The translations under genes were made by a program, and so were the position numbers. A model generated the notes under the pieces. The model was not told the origin of the DNA, made no database searches, and worked only from the letters and a program-made list of their open reading frames with translations. This document shows positions 58,321 through 64,000 of a stretch of DNA of 64,000 nucleotides, piece by piece. The stretch's first letter is position 1. The number at the start of each line of letters is the position of its first letter. Source of the DNA: a virus. Where the stretch lies: positions 1 to 64,000 of the IMG/VR virus record IMGVR_UViG_3300019458_000005; one strand, 5' to 3'.

Positions 58321-58686
58321 ATGAGCGTCTCGATCGGACACTTCTGGCTGCGAGTCAAGGACGTGAGCGCCTCCGAGCGCTTCTACGTACTCCTGGGGCT
58401 CGAGCTGGTCGAGCGCCTGCGAAATGTGACGGTGCTCGGGGCACGCGGCCACTCGCATGTGTGCCTCCAGAAGAGCCTGACCACCCAGCCGCGTCGGCTT
58501 CCGATCGACTTCATGGTCGACAACCTGGAGGAGACGCTGTCCGTATTCAAGCAGGCCGGGTTTGCTCCTTCACAGATCGAGCGCGACCGCGAGTCCGACC
58601 ACCGCTCGTTCGTGGTCAAGGACCCCGACGGACACGAGGTCGAGGTGATCTCCAGCCATATCCCGATCCCACAGGCAGTGGAGTAG
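58321..58686 (+). CDS. VOC (glyoxalase/bleomycin-resistance/dioxygenase) family protein
   Basis: IGHFWLRVKDVSASERFYVLLGLELV.. ..SFVVKDPDGHEVEVI, the classic VOC pattern. Confidence 0.65.
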   Translation: MSVSIGHFWLRVKDVSASERFYVLLGLELVERLRNVTVLGARGHSHVCLQKSLTTQPRRLPIDFMVDNLEETLSVFKQAGFAPSQIERDRESDHRSFVVKDPDGHEVEVISSHIPIPQAVE

Positions 58687-58689
58687 CCC

Positions 58690-59466
58690 ATGCCCATTCA
58701 GATCATGGAGGGGCCAAGCCTCTCGGTGGTGTTGGCTGGCGACGGCGCGGCCAACACACCTCCATCTCTGCGCTGGCGAGTGGTGGGGTGCGCGCGCCTG
58801 GTCGGACTCCTCGAGGTCACGGCTCCAGAGCTCACTCCGGCGCTGGTGATCTCGGACAAGGACTACACGCAAACCGAGATCATCGAGCTCCAGCAGGACG
58901 ACGAAGGGAACTACGTCATCGGGGCCGAGCTCACGATGCCATACGTGGAGCTCTTCCCCGGCGGAGTCACGCTGGTCAAAGGCACGCCAGATCCCGGCGA
59001 CTACACCGACATGTCCTTCACCGCGCAGATCCTGCCTGGATCTGGCGCAGGGTCAGGAGGCGGAGGTGGCGGAGGTGGCGGTGGCGTCGCCTACGAGGTC
59101 GAGAACGACTTCTCGGGCGCGATCGCGCAGAACGCACAGACCGTAGCCGAGCTGGCCCTCCAGGCCCGCAAGGTCACGATCGAGCTCATCTCGCTCACGG
59201 CTTCCGACCTGCTCGACTACGAAGTTCTGATCTACGACGCAGCTGGCGGATCAGCCAGCGACTTCGTGGGCAAGGTGAGTATGTCTTCTGCGAACGCTGT
59301 GCTAGTCGTGGGCGACTCGCTCTACATGTACGAGGCCACATGCTCGATCTCGTACATCGCGCCCCCGCTGGGAGATCAGAGCCTGTGGGTCGGGCTCTCG
59401 CCCAGGAGCGGAGGGAAGAACGCCAAGACCTGCCTCACCAAGGTCACCTACCGGACAGGGGCCTAA
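58690..59466 (+). CDS. structural-block hypothetical protein (258 aa) with poly-Gly linker
   Basis: ORF track. GSGAGSGGGGGGGGGG separates two beta-rich halves. Confidence 0.6.
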   Translation: MPIQIMEGPSLSVVLAGDGAANTPPSLRWRVVGCARLVGLLEVTAPELTPALVISDKDYTQTEIIELQQDDEGNYVIGAELTMPYVELFPGGVTLVKGTPDPGDYTDMSFTAQILPGSGAGSGGGGGGGGGGVAYEVENDFSGAIAQNAQTVAELALQARKVTIELISLTASDLLDYEVLIYDAAGGSASDFVGKVSMSSANAVLVVGDSLYMYEATCSISYIAPPLGDQSLWVGLSPRSGGKNAKTCLTKVTYRTGA

Positions 59467-59469
59467 GCC

Positions 59470-59901
59470 ATGGCCGCACTCACCCAAGCTGTCGAGGCCT
59501 ACGCGCGCGGCTGCCAGAACGGATCGAACTCGGTCACCACGACTCCGTACCGCACCGGACTCACAACCGCCGACTCGTTCAACCTCACCTCGCCTCTCTC
59601 GGGCGGAGCGTTGCTCAAGAAGGTCGGCGGGCGAACCACCGCCTACGTGGCCGGGTCGTTTTCGGCGGCCAGCGCCACGGTGGTCCTGGTCGTCGTGTTC
59701 TACGGCCAGTCCGGGAGCTCCACGGGCGCGATGATCGGTCACGCCAAGATCACGCTCACGGCCGACGCGAATCTCTTGCGCGACGGCACGCGCTTCGACG
59801 CGCCGCCAATCCCGGTGGATTGCCTCTCGGAGAACTACGAGGTCCGCGTGTACAGCGCACCCAGCTCGGGCAACGTGCAGCTGTTCACCTGGGTCGAGTA
59901 A
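59470..59901 (+). CDS. structural-block hypothetical protein (143 aa)
   Basis: ORF track. Tightly packed after the previous gene. Confidence 0.55.
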   Translation: MAALTQAVEAYARGCQNGSNSVTTTPYRTGLTTADSFNLTSPLSGGALLKKVGGRTTAYVAGSFSAASATVVLVVVFYGQSGSSTGAMIGHAKITLTADANLLRDGTRFDAPPIPVDCLSENYEVRVYSAPSSGNVQLFTWVE

Positions 59902-59941
59902 CGCAAAAAACAGCGCAGGTCAGCGCGAGGAGTAGTCAGCC

Positions 59942-62089
59942 ATGGGTGTCGGCAAGATCCTCGCAGTGATGGGCGGCGCCAATATCGCCCCTGTGTTGGG
60001 CGGACCGCTCACGCTGGGCGACGGCACGGTCTCGAAGGGCCTCAAGCTGGGCCAGGCCGCGGCGGACCCGCTCCATATCAAGGGCTCTGCCGACCCTAAC
60101 GGGAGCGTGACCGCCCCAGCTGGCTCGCTCTACCAGCGAACCAACGGCAGCGCGTACATCAACACCAACAGCGCGACCACGTGGGCTCAGGTCCAGGCCG
60201 GGGCGGTGGCCACATGGGCGGCCACGCTGGCTTCAGGAAACGTGACCGGGGGCACCTCGCCAGTCCTCTCGAGCGGCGACACGTTCCGGGGGGTGGACGC
60301 AGCGACCGGGACGCCCATGGCGATCCGGGGCGGAAACTCGAGCGGGGCTGCCACGGCGGGCGGCGCGGTCACCGTCACCGGCGGCAACTCGACCACCTCG
60401 GGGGCCGGGGGCGCGGTCACGATCAGAGGCGGCACGCCGACCTCTGGGATAGGCGGAGCGATCACGCTGTCTATCCCAACCTCCACTTCTGGTGCTGGCG
60501 GCGCGGTCTCGATCTCTGCTGGCGACGCTGACGGGTCCAATGCCGGAGGAGCGGTCACGATCGAGGGCGGCGCGCGCGGGAACGTCGGAAACGCGGACGG
60601 CGGGCGACTCACGCTCGCTGGCGGCGTGTCTGGTACTGGAGGTGACGCAACCCTTGCCGGAGGCGCTCAGGGCCCAGGCGGTTCGGGCTCGACCAACGGA
60701 GGCGCCGTAATCGTCACAGGAGGGACGCCCAGTACCACCGGAAGCGGCGGAAACGCGACGCTGCAGGGCTCTGCTGGCGGCTCCTCCGGCAACCGCAACG
60801 GCGGCAACGTCACGGTCACGGCCGGCAACGCCGGTACGGGTGGCACGGGGGCCGCCGGCACGGTCACGATCACCGCGGGCCAGGGCGGGACGACCTCGGT
60901 CGGCGGAACGGCCTCGCTCGTGGCTGGCCAAGGCGGCTCTGGCAACTCGGCTGGCGGTGCGGCCTCGGTGACCGGCGGGCAAGGTGGCGCGACCGGCGGC
61001 AACGGGGGAAACGTCACGATCTCTGGCGGCCTGGGCGTGGCTACCGGGGCGCCGGGCGGGAACGTCACTATCCAGGGCGGGGCAGGAACGGACGGCCCTG
61101 GCTCTCAGCTGACCCTCCAAGGCCGCCCTGGCGTGGGCACAAACCGCGCGGGTGGTGCGGTCACCGTGTCCGCGGGTGCCTCGACTGGGAATGCGACCGG
61201 CGGCAGCGTCAACATTACCGCGGGCGCAGGCGGCGCGACCGGAACCGCGGGAACTGCCTCGCTCACGGCCGGAGCAGGCGGCACGGGTGCGGCGACCGGC
61301 GGCCCGATCACGATCACCTCAGGGGCAGGCGGGGGGACCTCTGGCGCGTCCGGGACGGTGACGCTCGCCTCGGGAACGACCACCTCGGGCAACTCGGGCG
61401 CGATCACGGTCCAGCCTGGCGCGCCAACCGCAGGTAACGGTGGAGCGATCAACGTCACCGGGGCCGCGGGCAACGGCTCCAACAACGTCGGCAGCACGAT
61501 CACGATCCTGGCCGGGGCTTCGGTGGGCACCGGGACGGGCGGCGCGGTAGCAGCCACGGCCGGAGCGGGCGGCGGGGGAGCGGCCACCGGCGGAGCCGTC
61601 ACGCTCACCTCCGGCGCGGGCGGCGGCACCTCCGGCAACTCCGGCGCGATCTCGCTGGTCACCGGCACGACCACCTCGGGCAACACGGGCGATATCAACC
61701 TCACTTGCGGAGCCCCGACCGGTGGCACGCGCGGGCGGATCGTCCACACCGGGAACGTGATCCCCGCGGCCGACAACACCTACTCGCTGGGGATTGCGGG
61801 CACGGCCTGGTCGGACCTGTTCCTCGAGGCCGTGATCGACACGACCGCGGGCGATGCCGCCACGATCGACGCGCCAGCGGGCAGGTTCCGGAAGGACACC
61901 AGCGGGACCACGTTCACGTTGACGAACAACCGGATTAGCGCGAGCTCAATCATTCTGCTCACGTTCGTGGACGTGGACGTGACGGCCTTCAATATGGCAG
62001 TGGCCGCTGGAGCCGGGAGCGCGGTGATCACGTTCAACGCGGCGCCTACCGCGAATTGCAACGTGAACTTCCTGGTGATCAACGCGTGA
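59942..62089 (+). CDS. Gly-rich repeat fibre/spike protein (715 aa)
   Basis: GAGGAG upstream. N-terminal GSLYQRTNGSAYINTNSATTW. About 30 degenerate repeats of GG(A/N)(V/I)T(V/I).(G/A)G...(T/S)G. Distinct C-terminal domain. Confidence 0.7.
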   Translation: MGVGKILAVMGGANIAPVLGGPLTLGDGTVSKGLKLGQAAADPLHIKGSADPNGSVTAPAGSLYQRTNGSAYINTNSATTWAQVQAGAVATWAATLASGNVTGGTSPVLSSGDTFRGVDAATGTPMAIRGGNSSGAATAGGAVTVTGGNSTTSGAGGAVTIRGGTPTSGIGGAITLSIPTSTSGAGGAVSISAGDADGSNAGGAVTIEGGARGNVGNADGGRLTLAGGVSGTGGDATLAGGAQGPGGSGSTNGGAVIVTGGTPSTTGSGGNATLQGSAGGSSGNRNGGNVTVTAGNAGTGGTGAAGTVTITAGQGGTTSVGGTASLVAGQGGSGNSAGGAASVTGGQGGATGGNGGNVTISGGLGVATGAPGGNVTIQGGAGTDGPGSQLTLQGRPGVGTNRAGGAVTVSAGASTGNATGGSVNITAGAGGATGTAGTASLTAGAGGTGAATGGPITITSGAGGGTSGASGTVTLASGTTTSGNSGAITVQPGAPTAGNGGAINVTGAAGNGSNNVGSTITILAGASVGTGTGGAVAATAGAGGGGAATGGAVTLTSGAGGGTSGNSGAISLVTGTTTSGNTGDINLTCGAPTGGTRGRIVHTGNVIPAADNTYSLGIAGTAWSDLFLEAVIDTTAGDAATIDAPAGRFRKDTSGTTFTLTNNRISASSIILLTFVDVDVTAFNMAVAAGAGSAVITFNAAPTANCNVNFLVINA

Positions 62090-62346
62090 GCGAGCGCGAC
62101 GATCCTATGAAGGTCGGCCACTGGGCCATGGTCGCGATCGCCGTTGTGCTGGGGATCGGCTGGGTCCTGATCTGCAGCATGGTCCTCATGGGCTGCGCCA
62201 CCAAAGAGGCCTCACAAGAGCGGTGCCCGGCCCCATATCCCTGCAACCATCCGCACAAGCGGATCACCTTCCGCACCGAGTGCCGAGACTGCGACACCTG
62301 CCTGATAGAGCTCCAAGAGGTCGTCCACGACCAGCGCGTCAGGTAA
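62086..62346 (+). CDS. small lipoprotein/membrane protein
   Basis: GTG 62086 forms a GTGA overlap with the fibre stop (alternative ATG at 62107). AMVAIAVVLGIGWVLICSMVLMGC has a lipobox-like LMGC. Cys-rich tail. Confidence 0.5.
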   Translation: MSERDDPMKVGHWAMVAIAVVLGIGWVLICSMVLMGCATKEASQERCPAPYPCNHPHKRITFRTECRDCDTCLIELQEVVHDQRVR

Positions 62347-62355
62347 CATGCCCGC

Positions 62356-62778
62356 ATGAGCAAGAACGGCAAGCCGCTGAAGTTCCCGGACACGAAGCAG
62401 CCCGAGCGCCGCCAGGCCAGCTCCGAGCAGTTCCTGGCCACTCGCCTCATCAACGCGCTCTCGGCCAACCAGGCCAAGAACGAGCGCATCTCGCAGCTAG
62501 AGCGCGAGCTCGCGCAGGCCGCCGAGAAGATCGCCAACCTCGAGGCGCAGGTCTCGGCCCAACTGAACCGCGGCGAGCAGGACGTGATCGACGAGCTCCG
62601 GAAGACCTACAGCCTCCCTATCGAGCCCTACCAGATCACCGCTCCGGACCGCAACGGAGCGCGCTTCTTCCTGAAGCTGGGCGAGGAACTCGCTGTGGCT
62701 GCCCCTGCAGTTCCTCCGCTCGAGCCGGATCCGACCAGCGATCCGCCGACCAACCGCATTGACAACCAGGAGAGCTGA
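62356..62778 (+). CDS. hypothetical coiled-coil protein (140 aa)
   Basis: ORF track. Confidence 0.55.
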   Translation: MSKNGKPLKFPDTKQPERRQASSEQFLATRLINALSANQAKNERISQLERELAQAAEKIANLEAQVSAQLNRGEQDVIDELRKTYSLPIEPYQITAPDRNGARFFLKLGEELAVAAPAVPPLEPDPTSDPPTNRIDNQES

Positions 62779-62839
62779 CCCAAGGGTTTATCTCAGAGGA
62801 GGTTGCCGCCTGGTCACCTTGCCGGATACCCTGTAGGTC

Positions 62840-63373
62840 ATGCCCACAACGTCCGATCAGGGACAGGTCCAGGCCGTTGCCAACGGCGCGCAAAACGCCG
62901 GGGTCGTGACCAAACTACTCACCGCAGCTGGTGCCGTCTCGGGGTCAGCTTCGGCGGTCGGGATCCTGGGCGGGGGACGCGAGTGGGCCGCGCTAGCCCG
63001 AGATCTCGGGCTCAAGACGACAGCCGTGATTTTCGGAATGCTCGCAGTCACGATGTTTTTGCGTTGGTGCGCGACCCACCTGGTCGTGCCGCTTGTCACC
63101 ACGCACGTGCGCTACGTGAACAAGTCAGAACAGCAGGGCGAACGCCTGACCCTGGCCAACGAGCGGCAAGCTGGTTCGATCGAGCGCCTCGAGACCACCG
63201 TCACAGGCCTGGCGCGCGGACAGAGCGAGATCAAGCAGGAGCTCCTTACGCAGGCGCGCGCGCAGACTGAGCTGCGCGCGGACTTCGTCAACCACACCGC
63301 GCGAATCGAGAACGCGGTCGAGCGCCTGATCAGCGGCGCCACACCCAATCCGCCTCCCAAGAAGAACACCTAG
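62840..63373 (+). CDS. membrane protein with coiled-coil C-terminus (177 aa)
   Basis: Hydrophobic VVTKLLTAAGAVSGSASAVGILG and TAVIFGMLAVTMFLRW. Confidence 0.55.
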   Translation: MPTTSDQGQVQAVANGAQNAGVVTKLLTAAGAVSGSASAVGILGGGREWAALARDLGLKTTAVIFGMLAVTMFLRWCATHLVVPLVTTHVRYVNKSEQQGERLTLANERQAGSIERLETTVTGLARGQSEIKQELLTQARAQTELRADFVNHTARIENAVERLISGATPNPPPKKNT

Positions 63374-63382
63374 GAGACCACC

Positions 63383-63715
63383 ATGCAGCCGTGCCCAGGC
63401 GTTCGGTATCCGAACGGACAAGTCCAGCCCTGCGGATCGCAGAACTTCACGCCCGTACAGGGAGAATCGACCACGATCGCTGGGTTCGTCCACGCGATCG
63501 CGCTGTGCGAAAACGGCCACCGCGTGGCCGTGCCGGTCCTCGGCCCGCGCTGCAGCAACTGCGGCCATCAGGAGGCGATCCGGGCCGGAGGCGACCAGCA
63601 TGTCCCTACGGGCGCGCTGAATCCGCTCGCGGTCCAGCGCTTCGAGCAGGGCGGCTCGCAGCGCCAGACGATGCAGAACGCAGCTCGAGCCGCCGGCATC
63701 GGCGGCGTGATCTAG
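63383..63715 (+). CDS. Cys-rich hypothetical protein (110 aa)
   Basis: AGGAGA upstream of ATG 63383. C..C...C..C zinc-ribbon-like spacing. Confidence 0.5.
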   Translation: MQPCPGVRYPNGQVQPCGSQNFTPVQGESTTIAGFVHAIALCENGHRVAVPVLGPRCSNCGHQEAIRAGGDQHVPTGALNPLAVQRFEQGGSQRQTMQNAARAAGIGGVI

Positions 63716-63716
63716 C

Positions 63717-64000
63717 TCACCAGCCGAGCGTATCGTATAGAGGCTCGCGACGCGGGCGACCTATGACCATGCCAGGCTGCGGCAACTGAACGATCCTGAC
63801 GCGACGACCGTTCACGTACACGTCCCTTCCCAAGAACGTGAGTAGGCGCGACGGCAGCCACGGCCCGTCGGCCGTGCGCCGGAGCTCTGCGTCAAGCGCC
63901 GCGAGGTCACTCGGGTCGACCGGCCCGCGCACGTCCTGGAACGCGTCGAGGTGAGCCTGGGCGATCAGCGAGCGCCGGCCGATCGTACGCTGCCAAAGGC
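63717..64000 (-). CDS. hypothetical protein, C-terminal part (gene enters from the right edge)
   Basis: The minus-strand frame is open from position 63998 down to the TGA at 63719..63717. It converges on the last rightward gene with a 1-nt gap. Confidence 0.4.
   Translation of the reverse strand, partial: LWQRTIGRRSLIAQAHLDAFQDVRGPVDPSDLAALDAELRRTADGPWLPSRLLTFLGRDVYVNGRRVRIVQLPQPGMVIGRPRREPLYDTLGW

Overview
This is GC-rich, very densely coded virus or prophage-like DNA. It forms two divergent arms that meet in a short intergenic switch at 26214-26299.

Left arm (1-26213, every gene on the minus strand): nucleotide metabolism, DNA modification, replication/recombination and lysis-type genes.
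- Enzymes and DNA-handling genes: a DUF1643 protein, an SNF2 helicase, a DUF3310 protein, a tandem-domain ThyX-like protein, a Cas4/RecB-like nuclease, an SSB-like protein ending in DDDIPF, a Rad52/Sak-like annealase, a PIF1/RecD-like helicase, a C5 cytosine methyltransferase, an oligoribonuclease-like exonuclease and a Mom-like acyltransferase.
- Lysis-type genes: a membrane protein plus a spanin-like pair.
- The ThyX-like gene has been invaded by a free-standing homing-endonuclease cassette.

Right arm (26300-63715, every gene on the plus strand):
- a transglutaminase-like protease split by a LAGLIDADG intein;
- a class II ribonucleotide reductase split by a mini-intein;
- eight consecutive proteins with C-terminal membrane anchors;
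- a ~12-kb block of paralogous or mosaic proteins sharing an 'RN(P/A)..D.R.RRAER' module;
- an H1-like Lys/Arg-rich membrane protein;
- three beta-rich capsid-like proteins, one with an internal tandem duplication;
- a Gly-rich fibre.

A partial convergent minus-strand gene starts at 63717.

Most neighbouring genes are translationally coupled by ATGA, GTGA or TGATG overlaps, and GTG starts are common.

The most striking non-coding element is a ~1.3-kb array (18293-19576) of 23 same-strand GCCTGCC boxes, mostly 39-49 bp apart.

I saw no rRNA, tRNA, CRISPR array, integrase, DNA polymerase, terminase, portal, HK97-type capsid gene or tape measure. All functional calls rest on motifs read by eye and on remembered family signatures. 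No database search or structure prediction was possible.
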